DNA from: Octopus vulgaris
Taxonomy: Eukaryota
Assembly: GCA_951406725.2 (NCBI GenBank)
Contig: OX597824.1
Span: 71,362,001-71,426,000 of the forward strand
DNA length: 64,000 nucleotides
Direction: 5' to 3'
The notes under the pieces are model-generated. The model was not told the DNA's origin, searched no databases, and worked only from the letters and a program-made list of their open reading frames with translations. Position numbers and translations under genes: made by a program. Positions 1 to 11,747 of this stretch are shown here, one piece after another (position 1 is the first letter of the stretch; each line of letters starts with the position of its first letter).

Positions 1-306
1 AGTAAGATCCAGTGATTAGGTGAGCTAATGTACGCGATTCGGGTTTCGAATCAGATGGTGGAGACATCTCTCACCAGCTGAGAGAGAGAGAAAGGTAGAG
101 AAATAAAGGTATAAAGATCAACATTTGAATATATTCTCATTACCATCATCATTGTCGCCCTTCCCCTAAACACACATCAAACCAGGAGCAACTATCAATT
201 TAGACAAATGGAGAAAAAGATATGTGTATGTATATGTATATATATATATATATAGCGAGAGAGAGAGAACAGATAATAATGATACATATAAAGAATTAAA
301 ATATGA

Positions 307-353
<47 letters not shown>

Positions 354-423
354 GCATACACACACACACACACAAACATGTGTGTGCGCGTATATGTGTA
401 TGCATGTATGTATATAATCTGAC

Positions 424-523
424 CTTTTCCCATTCACCATCCATGACATGCCCCCGAAATTTCGCAGCAGCGGGGTGTTCCAACATACATCCAGACTCCG
501 ACATCAACAACTCCACAGTACGA
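424..523 (-). CDS. WDR26: WDR26 coding exon 2 (100 nt; end of LisH, start of CTLH domain)
   Basis: Acceptor tgcatttcAG|T and donor AAG|GTcaga. Joined to exon 1 (AA+T=Asn) it reads [34 protein letters not shown], matching the WDR26 segment I recall as [34 protein letters not shown]. Confidence 0.93.
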
Positions 524-1849
524 CTGAAATGCATACAAAAAGAACTCATTAAATAACTCCACAGTTTAACTTGGTTGATATTTAATTAACGTTTAATGAA
601 AAAAATGGCAACGGTAATAATAGACCTGTATAATAAACATACACAAACGAATATCAACAGATATATATATATATATATATATATAAAGAAAGAGAGAGAG
701 AGGGGGAGAGAGAAAATAATGATATACACATCTATATATATCGATACACACACACACATATATATGTATATATATATATATATATAGGGAGATAGATACA
801 CATATATACATCTACATATGCTGATACACACAGATTATATATATATATATACACACACATACCACACATGTATATACATATATAACGAGAGGGATACAGA
901 GATAAGCAAATAGATGAGGGTATATAATATACGTATACACTGTAAAATACATAGATTGTGTGTGTATCCCAACAACTGAAGTGCCTACTTATACACAAAA
1001 TAACGAAAACCAAAACAGTAACTTTCAAATATTTTAGACAGAAAGGTTCTTGAATATAAATATAAATATATATAAATATATATATATATAATATATATAT
1101 ATATATGTATACACACACGCACACATCATGTCTATGTAATGGGCGATACAATATTCTTTAAAGGACTCTTCAGTTCATTTTTTTAATGACGACAGTCTAA
1201 ATAATCGTTTTAGGTTATAAAAAGGTAAGGTGCGAAATAACTGCACGAATGTATATACAAGATAGGACAGGATAGATTGTGTGTGTGTGTGTATATATAG
1301 ATATATATATATACGTTGTAAGTATATACAATTATACACAGTAGGTTTCCTGCCTGTTCAAGAGTATATATATATATATATATATATATCTTGAATTATA
1401 TTAATGAAGAATAATGTTTTTGTTTTGGAGTGGTTTTTTTAAAAAAATTATATGGAGAAAGATAAATTCACAATTTATTAGCTGAACGTAGGTATTTCGA
1501 AATAAAGGTTGAAAGATCTGTTTTTCTTTTTTAAAACACGGTACGTTATTGCTAGCCAATTTTAAAATTAAACTGGTATATATAAACATATACACTCACA
1601 AAATCTGTGAATATAAATAAAAGGTGATGATTTATATATGGTCTAGTTGGCTTCACATAACAGACATTACGTAGAAATTAACAGCTGTAGTCGAATTTAA
1701 AAGGGAGGATTATATAAAATACGCACACACACACACAACAAAAAAATCCACAAAATTATGTATATATATAGGTGGTAGATAGAATCCTTATATATATATA
1801 CATATATATATAATATATAAATATATATATGGCGGTAGATAGTATCCTA

Positions 1850-1890
<41 letters not shown>

Positions 1891-1894
<4 letters not shown>

Positions 1895-2093
1895 GGTATA
1901 TAAAGTTATAGATATTTATATAATTCTTTTATTTATGAGAATAATACATTAGGTGACGGATATTTTAGTCTATCTATATTTTATATATGTGGTAAATAGA
2001 ATCCTAGTATATATTATATTTGTGGGTATATAAAGTTATAGACACCTATATAATTCGTCTCTTTATAAGGATAATACATTAGGTGACGGATAT
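1891..2093. repeat. Imperfect direct duplication in WDR26 intron 1
   Basis: tgtgggtatataaagttataga...ataatacattaggtgacggatat at 1891 and 2021. The short motif ggtagatagaatcct recurs near 1775, 1835 and 1990. Confidence 0.7.
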
Positions 2094-2788
2094 ATATATA
2101 TATATACATACATATATATAATCCCCATTTCGGGTAAACGAAGTGTATTTATTATAATTTTCAAAGACATAGAAAGAAGGGCGAATATATATATATATAT
2201 ATAAAGGTACAAAAACCTAGATTGTTTCTACAAACTGTGAAATTTCTCGAAAAGGGTGAAAACAAGAACAATCAAAGAAAATTATGGTGATGGCGATGAT
2301 AATAATAAGAATAAATATTTAAGGATTAATATGTAATGTAAATAATAATGGAGATAATGCCATTTCCTTTTAAAAGTATAATAATGATAATAGTATTTGA
2401 GAAATATAAATACTTATAATAATAATAATAGTATTTGAAAATATCTAAGCAGATCCTGATGATAGTGTTAATAATGTAAATATTTTAAAAATTAGTCGTA
2501 ATGAAAATAAAATTTAATTTAAAAATATTAATTGTAAGTAGCATTCAAACGTAAATAATAATAGTCTTAAAATAACGTAAACAGTAATAAGTAATAAAAA
2601 TATTTAAATGTAAATAGTAATTATATATATAAAAAAAATTAAGTAGGCTTTATATATATATATATATATATATACATATATATAGGAACGGGAGCTGCTG
2701 AAATGGGATTTCTGGCATATCAACAACCTATTGTATATATTTCTCCCATACATGCGTGTAATGAGCACACACACACACACTCTCAGTG

Positions 2789-2822
<34 letters not shown>

Positions 2823-3173
2823 TATATATACATATGTATATATACACATATATATATAATAGAGATTATATGTCTACATATATATATATGTATGCATACA
2901 TTTATAGTTCAGATATACGTAGACATACATGTATATATAGCTCAGATATATGCATACATATATATATATAGTCGTATAAAAGATATGTATACATACATAC
3001 ATATATATATATACGATATAAATATATGTATACATACATAATATATGTGTATCTATATATATATATATATATAATACATATATATGCATTTGTGTGTGTG
3101 TGTATACGAGTGTATACATAATCTATATAAAACTAAAATGTTTTCTTCATTCAGACAGTGGAGAGAGACTCAC

Positions 3174-3376
3174 TTCAAGCCGAGCCCACGGAGATGCTGG
3201 CCGATTAATCGAACTACGTCTTGATCCGCCTGGGACATGGTTTTCAAAAGATGTTGTCTATCTTCTAGTGTGGCCACCTCACCATTTGCCGTGGCAGAAC
3301 AAGAACCGTTCTGTCGGGAAGTCGACGCTATCTCCTCGCTCTCTCCATTGTGCTGAGGGCAGCCATTCGACTGCAT
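3174..3376 (-). CDS. WDR26: WDR26 coding exon 1 (AUG-initiated part)
   Basis: MQSNG...SQADQDVVRLIGQHLRGLGL, resembling WDR26 MQANG...[20 protein letters not shown] (LisH motif). Strong donor AA|GTGAGT at 3173; phase matches exon 2. Confidence 0.93.
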
Positions 3377-3454
3377 GTTAGCGGCTGAGACTCGTTGCTT
3401 TTTGGGCGGTGGGGGAGAAACTCCACCGTCTTCTGATTCTGAAGACGATGCCAG
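3377..3454 (-). CDS. WDR26: Putative CUG-initiated in-frame N-terminal extension of WDR26 (26 codons)
   Basis: Open frame (L/M)ASSSESEDGGVSPPPPKKQRVSAAN directly upstream of the ATG. CTG context is gcaAttCTGG (A at -3, G at +4). No in-frame ATG back to the in-frame stop at 3596-3598. Confidence 0.6.
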
Positions 3455-3468
3455 AATTGCCGGATTGC

Positions 3469-3489
3469 TTAAGTAATTTGTTGTAGCAT
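3469..3489 (-). other. Short uORF (MLQQIT*) in the WDR26 5' leader
   Basis: ATG CTA CAA CAA ATT ACT TAA, weak context (T at -3, C at +4), out of frame with the CDS, ending 14 nt before the CTG. Confidence 0.45.
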
Positions 3490-3699
3490 TAATATCGCTG
3501 ATCAGTCGGACCCCTTTTCCACTATGTTTTTTTTTTCTTTGTTGTTGTTTGGTATATTGTGATGATGGTGTTGGTTGTTGTTGTTGTGGTGATTGTTATA
3601 TTGGGGTTTGTTGTTGCTCTTGTTATTTGTGTTGTTTGAGTGAAGACAAGCTCCGACCAGTGCGAACACAACACAAGTTGGTGACCAAATTTGTTTTGC

Positions 3700-3745
3700 T
3701 CGATGACGTCAGTAGCAGTAGAGCATCATGGGAAATTCCATGTCC
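3700..3745. promoter_or_regulatory. WDR26 proximal promoter motifs
   Basis: Perfect CRE palindrome TGACGTCA at 3704-3711. GGGAAATTCC (kB-like) at 3730-3739 overlaps a Staf/ZNF143-like TTTCCCATGATGC on the minus strand. Lies just upstream of the CAA-rich leader. Confidence 0.5.
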
Positions 3746-6369
3746 TTAATTCCCCCCTCTAATAAAAACTTGTATGTGTCTCCCCCGATTTAAATTGATT
3801 TTTTTTCAATAAAGACCTTCTTATCCATTTTTCACTTGGTATTCTATTATTTCTGATCTCTAATGTCATGTATTTCTATTTTCTTTTCCCTGTCTGTTTC
3901 TCTGCCTCTCTGTCTTTTCCCTCACTCTCTCTCTCTCTCTCTCTCTCTACGTTGTCGCCAGTTCTCAATGCCGTTTTAATTTCAGTTCATACATACATGC
4001 ATACACACATATATAGGTGTACACTTGTGCGCGCGCACACATTCACATATATATGTGTGCCCGCGCGCGAGTGTGTATGTGTATACCTATACACACGCAC
4101 AAATATATATATTTATGTATGTGTTGATAGATACATGCACACTCACACACACACATATATATAGTCGCAATATGCATACATTTATATATCTATCTATCTA
4201 TCTATCTATCTATTTATCTATCTATATATATATATATATATTATGTATATGTGTGTGTATTCATCTTTCGTACACACGCACCTATGTGTTTATATAGAGG
4301 TTATAGCTCTGAGAATGGTTTTCCTTGGCGAGGGTTTCTCCACGTTTTACGCATGACTTATCTTCCCTTAGTTTGAAGCCTAATCCGATGTCATCTGGAT
4401 CAAGCATATTTATAAATACAGATGTAAATATATAACCTCGTATACAGTTGAATTAGTATTTAATCTTGAGACATAAGGCCAATTAATATAGAGAAGTAGG
4501 AGCCTAACTGAATATGCAGGGCCTCTTATATTACTGGTATTATTTTTATCGACCTACTTCTAGGGTATTGAAAGATAAGATCGTTTCTGTCTGGATTAAA
4601 GTCACAAAAAGATAAGGTCGCATTTAGATACCGTGAAATTAACGAAAAGACTTCTCAATTCGCAGTCTTTTCTTTTGTATATTTCGATCGATCTATTTTG
4701 CGATCATTTCAAGGTATCATATCTGTATACGTATCTATCTATCTATTTATCTAGCTAGCTAGCTATCTCTTTTAACTTCCCCTCTCTTTCTATCTTGCAC
4801 TTTTTCACCCTCTCTCGCTTTCTCGTTTGTGTGTGTCTATTAATTTATAAATTAGATTAACTATTTATCCTTTCCGATATGTGTGTGTGCTTGTATATCC
4901 TTAAGTATGATTTGAAGTTGGGAGGTGAGAGGATTTTAGAACAGGAGTAATAATTTTACCACCTGAAGACGATCGAATAAATCACCGACCGAGATATTGA
5001 GTGAAAGAAGAACATGAGAAACGAAGTTAATAGTTCAGAATTTCTTAATTATGATAGCAATAGCTTATCTAAATATACCATTTAGCTTGCTTGGCACCTT
5101 ACCATGTCAACTAGTGAGAAGGTTGTTACCTACGTGGTCGCTTAAGTTGCAAGAAATAGCAGATGCATCAGCCTCAAGTCACACCCAACGTTTTCAACTA
5201 AGAAAATACAAAACAGAAGACGTTAAATAAAGAAGTCATATACGATCCTAAAAAGATAGGATGGTCACATTTGGAAGCCCTTTCGGCAAGCTTCTGTTTG
5301 GGCTAACCACTAACAACTAACGAAATTAATGGTTATAAAGGGAATTAATAGATTCTCTCATCGGCGAAAACACTCTTTCTTCTCGAAAACAGACAAAAGT
5401 TAAAATCGTCCTTGGCGAAATTTGGAATCAGAATATAGTGGGGCGAATGTAAATTGTTATCTAGCTATCCTCGCTAACTTGGTTATCTATTTATTTTTGT
5501 CTTTTTTTATGCAGTTGACGTTTCCTTTTTCCCGTTTACTTGAATATAATAACGTACATGTTAGTGGTTCTCTCATTATTAATCCACCAGCAAAACAGTT
5601 AGGTCGAAACCTGTCACGAGTTGTCTCCCGTATTTGCCGAAATATCAGGTCTGTTTGTGTATCCCTACAACAGTCGTTCTTTTAATTTATGATCTTTCCA
5701 AACTTTGGCATAATACCAGCAATTTTGGCTGATGGATTAGTCGATTACATTGACCACAGTGTTCAACTGGTACTTATTTTATCAATCCCCGAAAGAATAA
5801 AAGACAAAATCGACCTAGGCGGATTTCGAACTCGCATTGTAGAGTTGGAAGAAATGCCGCTAAGCATTTTGCCAGCTCGCCACCTTGTTCTTTTAATTTA
5901 TATGTTCATACTCATTAGCCATTGCAGAAGTCACAATTTGGCTATTTGATTGCTGAAATCTTTCCAGACTGAGACATGCCTCCGTACTACTAAACATTAT
6001 ACATACATCCCACTGCAGTTGATATTTGATCAATTTCATTTGTGATCTTTCGAATTATGTACGTATAATGGCGGAAAATAAAATGAAAAGGAACAGAACA
6101 CGTACAGTTTTCACACATTATGTATATCCAAACGATACATAATTTATTTCCTTTCACTGTGTAGTCCGTTATTATACGTACATAATACGAAAGACCGTTT
6201 ATTTAATTAATGAATTTTTGTTGTTTAGATATTGCCTGTCCTCACCACTGAAGATATAATTTTAATTCAAGTTATTTAGTTTATAACATCAAGTATGATC
6301 TCACTCATTTATTAAAATAATATTAGTTAATGAGATAATGGTGACTTTTCTTCACCGCATAATTGTGGA

Positions 6370-6748
6370 AGCAATCGTCGGTTACGACGACGAGGGTTCC
6401 GGTTGATCCGATCAACGGAACAGCCTGCTCGTGAAATTAACGTGTAAGTGGCTGAGCACTCCACAGACACGTGTACCCTTCACGTAGTTCTCGGAGATAT
6501 TCAGCGTGACACAGAGAGTGACAAGGCCGGCCCTTTGAAAATACGGGTACAACAGAAACAGGAAGTAAGAGTGAGAGAAAGTTGTGGTGAAAGAGTACAG
6601 CAGGGATCACCACCATCCCCTGCCGGAGCCTCGTGGAGCTTTAGGTGTTTTCGCTCAATAAACATTCACAACGCCCGGTCTGGGAATCGAAACCGCGATC
6701 CTACGACCGCGAGTCCGCTGCCCTAACCACTGGGCCATTGCGCCTCCA
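6370..6748 (-). mobile_element. tRNA-derived SINE, family C
   Basis: Head GGAGGCGCAATGGCCCAGTGG...GGTTTCGATTCCC (A/B boxes). Flanking direct repeat accgcataatt. Homologous to 26965, 30690 and 62605. Confidence 0.8.
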
Positions 6749-6904
6749 CCGCATAATTATTTCTGATACGAATAAATTTATTCACTCAAATAAACATTAT
6801 TGTGTTTTTATACAGATTGCGTCTCTGAATAAGTTTACCTTAGTGGTAAAATTTTTAAGTAATGTAAGAGATGAATGTCTCGAATTCTGCATCCGCCAAC
6901 TCAC

Positions 6905-7061
6905 CGCCTTTGTATGGCTGTATGATTAAGAAGATTGCTTCTCAACAATGTGGTTTTGAGTTCAGTCCCACTGCGTGATTCATTGCGCAAGTATCTTCTG
7001 CTGTAGTCCCGAGCCAACTAAAGCTTTGTGAGATGGAAACTGAAAGAAGCCCATCATTATT

Positions 7062-7096
<35 letters not shown>

Positions 7097-7310
7097 TGTG
7101 TGTGTGCCTTTGTATTTATGTTGTTTGCCCCCAATCACCGCTTGACAACTAGTGTTAGTTATTTTACATCCCTGTAACTTAGCGGTTCGTCGAAAACACT
7201 GATGAGATCAGTACCAGACTTAAAATAAGTACTGGGGTCGATTTGTTTCTCTAAACCCTTCAAAGCTAAACCCCAGCATGACTGAAGTCCAATGACCGAA
7301 ACAGATAAAT
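6905..7310 (+). mobile_element. tRNA-derived SINE, family B (diverged)
   Basis: GTTCAGTCCCACTGCG B-box region, internal microsatellite, and tail shared with 14490, 21908 and 45703. Confidence 0.75.
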
Positions 7311-7656
7311 GATAAAAGGCATTAAAAGAGCAAAAACTGAGAATTATTGCTTAACTCCAGGTCAGGCTTCTTTGAACAAAGTTCAGGCTCATGTTTTAGT
7401 ATATGTAGGACTTTGTTTTTTTAATGTTAGAGTTGGGTTTGTATACTATTTGCCTACATTAGTCTATTGTTGGACATTCAGCAGCCAAGAGAGAAATTTG
7501 GTAAGATCGAACAAAATTACTTCCGGATCCTGGAAAATGGATGAGACTGTCCAAATAACCAGGGGCATGGAGCTTCTTTTTCTTGAGAGGGATCTAGAAA
7601 TTTTCGGCACTGGATTAACAATTAAGCAAAATAAGCGCGTGCTTAGAGTATCAAGG

Positions 7657-7802
7657 GGAGTGGGGCACCATGTAAATGGTTTGTGCTACAGAAGAAATCA
7701 CCTTATTATTTGCTAAAATAATATTCGGAGTGGGGCACCATGTAAATGGTTTGTGCTACAGAAGAAATCACCTTATTATTTGCTAAAATAATATTCGGAG
7801 TG
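7657..7802. repeat. Perfect 70-bp tandem duplication
   Basis: Unit ggagtggggcaccatg...aataatattc at 7657 and 7727, followed by a third GGAGTG at 7797 (microhomology). Confidence 0.9.
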
Positions 7803-8055
7803 CTTTATCTCTAAGTATAGAAGCAGATGAGTTACGTAAGATTCATTTTGAAGATCTGATCAAAGACTATGCAATTAAAAGAATAGAAAACTTTTCAAAT
7901 ATAAATAAAGTGGAAGTATAGAAAAATAAACATTATTTTCCATCTTACTGTTTGTTTTGTTAAATTTTGAAAAATAAAAATTTATTTTATGGTTTATGTA
8001 AGCCACCTAAATCTTTTTAGTGCTTAGGGCCTCTATAGGTCTTAATCCGGCCCTG
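7790..8055 (+). mobile_element. hAT (Tip100-like) transposon 3' remnant
   Basis: Translates LSLSIEADELRKIHFEDLIKDYAIKR, resembling a hAT dimerisation-domain C-terminus. Ends in the TIR-like ...ggtcttaatccggccctg. Confidence 0.6.
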
Positions 8056-8836
8056 ACAAGGATATAATGGGTGTGCTTTATGAGCGCTACAGAGTCATAC
8101 GAATTTTCATTAAATGTCTGTTTTTATAAGTATTCGTAAAGTCGCGCAGCTTAGTGGTTAGAGTGTTACACTCACGGTCGAAAGAGCGAGGTTTGGATTC
8201 CTGTCCTGGGCGATGCCTTGTGCTCTAAATTAAACCACTTCATTTCACGTAGCTCCAGTCCGCTCAGCTGTAAATAAGTAACCCTGAAACATACTTGCGT
8301 CCCATTCAATAAAGAAATTGTGATCTCGATTGCTTATATGCCATGAAAACTAGGTTATTGGCTCTGTGAGTCCAAGGAGACTTGGCTTTGCGGGTCCAAG
8401 ACTGAATTCATCCCCTCTCATAAACTCTAACAGTATCTAATTTTCCTTCAAATCGTACCCTTTGATCTTAAAAAAAAAGTTGGTTATCTGAATAGTGTAG
8501 TCCTAAACACATTACGTCTGATGTAGACATTGTAACACACTAGACCTAACATACATATATGTCTGTAGCTTATTGGATAAAAGCGTTATTAAGCTTAAAT
8601 TTAAAAATAAATGTTCGAAGTTGGAGTCCATTGTTAAGATACCTAATGACGATCGAAAACGAAATTGGTTGAAATGTTGTGCGTGCGTGCGTGTGTGTGC
8701 TGTTGATGTCATAAGGATCTATAAACTCCCAGGAGGACGTAAAGTAATTATTTTGAGGCGGATAGTGGATGTCGAAGCACATAAAGTTATAGATTATTGT
8801 ATGCCTTCAACTTTTTTTTTATCCAAAAGTGTTTTT

Positions 8837-9160
8837 GGATCTTTTCGGTTTGAACGGCAGTTTGTAACATAATTTCTAGTTAATTAAAAAAATTTAAACT
8901 TCGTATACTGGTAGAATGTGTTTATAAAACATCATTTTCTCTTGGCTTTATTGAGAAAATTCTATAATTTGTAACATATTTCGTCTTTAATTTCTTGCAT
9001 TTCGGCAATTTTAACCAATCAATTACCTCCATTGACATAAACAACATTCTGTGCCGCATGAATATGTCCCTCCTTTAAGAAACAGATTGGGTTTATTTAC
9101 ATTTGTGAAGAAAAAAAGATACCCTTCCCCCACCCCTAACCCTAACCCTAAAGGATATTG
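8837..9160 (+). mobile_element. GGATC-TIR MITE, 3'-truncated copy
   Basis: Starts ggatcttttcggtttgaacggcag, matches 10158 and 21066, and carries (ccctaa) repeats. Confidence 0.85.
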
Positions 9161-9164
9161 AACG

Positions 9165-9459
9165 AAACACCCTTCTTCCCAGAGGTGAATTATTCACACC
9201 CCAAAGAATCCCTCTCAACACATGGCTATGATGCTCTCCCACTACTTCTGTTCGTGATCAGAGGTACACATTTCGTCAGCCACTAAGGGACATGCTCAAC
9301 TGGTTAAGGTCAAGCAACTGACAAGCAAATCTGTGGTATTGAGCAGAATATTTGCTGTAGCCCATCTTTTATACCAAAACAAAACAATGTACATGATAAC
9401 ACTTCCAATCAGTTAAGATCAGAAGCCACGAGAGCCACTGCCTGGTGCTGCATCAGGGC

Positions 9460-9500
<41 letters not shown>
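9165..9500 (+). mobile_element. Unclassified retroposon 3' end with (TTA)n tail
   Basis: Near-identical to the reverse complement of ~41358-41640; ends in (tta)n. Confidence 0.7.
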
Positions 9501-10157
9501 TATTATGCATGCTTATGTGGTCCAATGTATGGACACCGATAAAACAAGTCTCACTGACCACTTTATGTTAAGAGCTGTTTTGGCCATATGCCAGATTGTG
9601 CAGCAGGACGGTCCAGCTGACTGTAAATAATGTGGAGAGTCAAACCAAGCTAAGAAGCACCACTGCCTTTGTATGCTCTGTACTACTTAATCTGTAAAGT
9701 TCAAAAGACCTTGCAAATTTCAATTCATATTGCAAAAAGCCGTGCGGAGAGGTAGGAAGATGGGAAACAACCACTGTGAGGTACACTTCGAAGAAATGGA
9801 AAAAAAAAATCCGCCTGCACCGAATTAAATATTTTACATTTGAGTTTATTTTCTTCTTCAGTTCTGATTTCCCTTTTGGTTCGATAAAACTACAAAATCA
9901 AATGTGATCGAGATATCGTTTTTCAGAAAACCTTTGTGACTTTGGATGTCAACACGATGGACGTAACCGATTCAGTAACAAACGAAAAATACCTTGTGAT
10001 GTTTAGTTACCTCCCTTTAACATCTACTTTCAACTTCGCCTGCTGTGTTTCTGTATAGATAAAATAAGTTACCAATCAAATATATTAGGATTGGTTAAAT
10101 CGACTACACACCTCCAGTGTCCTTCCTCAATAAAAATTTTAAATGGTTTGAGGGTCC

Positions 10158-10562
10158 GGATCTTTTCGGTTTGAACGGCAGTTTTTAACATAATTTCTAG
10201 GTAACTAAAAGATTTTAAATTTCGTATACTGGTAGAATGCGTTTATAAAACATCTTTTTCTCTTGGCTTTATTGAGAAAATTCTATAGCTTGTAAGATAT
10301 TTGTTATTTTTTTTCCTTCAATTTCTGCAATTTCAACCAATCAGTGACGTCTATTGAGGTAAAAAACATTCTGTGCCGTATGAATTTGTGAAGAAAAAAA
10401 GATACCCTTCCCCCCACCCCCAACCCTAAAAGATATTGAAATGCAATAGATCGATCCTAGGGTCATAATTATGGGTAACAATCGATACTAGGGCCATAAT
10501 TATGGGTGACAATTTCATATGACACCGCTAGAAAAAAACTGCCGTTCAAACCGAAAAGATCC
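10158..10562 (+). mobile_element. GGATC-TIR MITE, full length (405 bp)
   Basis: TIRs ggatcttttcggtttgaacggcagttttt / aaaaactgccgttcaaaccgaaaagatcc; non-coding. Confidence 0.92.
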
Positions 10563-10839
10563 TTCAAGTGTACAGAAAGTCTGAGAGGTGAAATGTAGAT
10601 ACTGAATGAATAATTTTAGTTCCACCTGCTCTCCGTGGGGCATGGACCAACGAAAGATTTCCACACAAGCCTTGTCATGAGCCATTACCTGGGACAGGTT
10701 CATATCTGCCAGCTTCTCCCCACCCCACAGTCCTCAACAGCTCTTGACACCTTTGCCTCGACTTCCACACGCTCTCTGTGACCTCTAACTGAAAGAGATT
10801 CTCACCCCTCTCTCCACGGGCATGCGTAGCACATGCTGA

Positions 10840-10960
10840 ACACCTTACACTGTCTCACGCTGTTGATTTTTCGTAGGTTACTCAGCCCGACCCATTTCAT
10901 GATTTCATCACTCATTATTTGGTCACGCCAAGAAATTCTCAATATGGTCTCGAGGCAACA
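10840..10960 (-). mobile_element. Old LINE RT C-terminal fragment
   Basis: Minus strand reads approximately CLETILRISWRDQI, resembling the CLRRIL.I.W.D.I motif of RTE/L2-type LINEs. Confidence 0.45.
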
Positions 10961-11515
10961 CCCTTAGTTGGATAATAACGCCCATTCATTGGTCTACTTA
11001 GTAACGGTTCAGTTACATAAACTTCGTTGTTGTTTGATTAGTTCTTCAGATAACTATATCTCAAATAGGCTGAACGTTCACGGTAGCAAGCTTAAAAAAA
11101 TACGTAAATCTCATACAGATATGTATTAGTTCCATTACTTCGTATGATAGCCATTGAATGTCGTTGTCATTGAAGTCAGTAAAAGTCGGTGACAAAGTAA
11201 CAAATTCATGTCCGTCATTGTTACTTCAACGATTCGTTTGTAGATTTCACTTGTTGCATGAGTGGTTGTGTCATATGTAACAATGTTCACGAATGCTATG
11301 GTCTGAGATTCATAATGTGTAGCTATTTGGCCGTATGTAATACTTCTTTTCTTTTGCATTAGTCGGTGAGGGTATATGTTTCTTTTACAGTGGTACCCTA
11401 CATAAGATCGAAGGGATGCAAGTTAAACATTTTTAAAACTTTTTTTTCACTCATCTGACGGATACAGATTCATACATGAGATACCACTGATTAGACAACG
11501 ATATGAAATGCAATA

Positions 11516-11747
11516 AGGCGGCGAGCTGGCAGAAACGTTAGCACGCCGGGCGAAATGCATAGCCGTATTTCATCTCCCGCTGCGTTCTGAGTTCAAATTC
11601 CGCCGAGGTTGACTTTGCCTTTCATCCTTTCGGGGTCGATAAATTAAGTACTAGTTACGCACTGGGGTCGATATAATCGCCTTAATCCGTTTGTCTGTCC
11701 TTGTTCGTCCTCTCTGTGTTTAGCCCCTTGTGAGTAGTAAACAAATA
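11516..11747 (+). mobile_element. tRNA-derived SINE, family A (young)
   Basis: GGCGGCGAGCTGGCAGAA head, GAGTTCAAATTCC B box, central gcctttcatcctttcggggtcgataaattaagta domain, 16-bp TSD gatatgaaatgcaata. Confidence 0.88.

Noticed and set aside
195-3119. [12 protein letters not shown]-rich ORFs in the track (also at 19 kb, 24 kb, 26.6 kb, 27.4 kb and 62 kb)
   Set aside because: Translations of (TA)n, (CA)n and (TATC)n microsatellites; only 424-523 is real coding sequence.
4960-5005. CTGAAGA...CGACC-GAGAT hammerhead-like motif (similar one near 8640)
   Set aside because: GAAA core and stems I/III are too degraded to support a call.
6660-6748. tRNA-like sequence (also the heads of SINE families A and B)
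   Set aside because: A/B boxes are present but continue into SINE bodies with TSDs; these are not stand-alone tRNA genes.
7309-7716. 135-aa ORF
   Set aside because: Spans a SINE tail and transposon debris; no coherent domain recognised.
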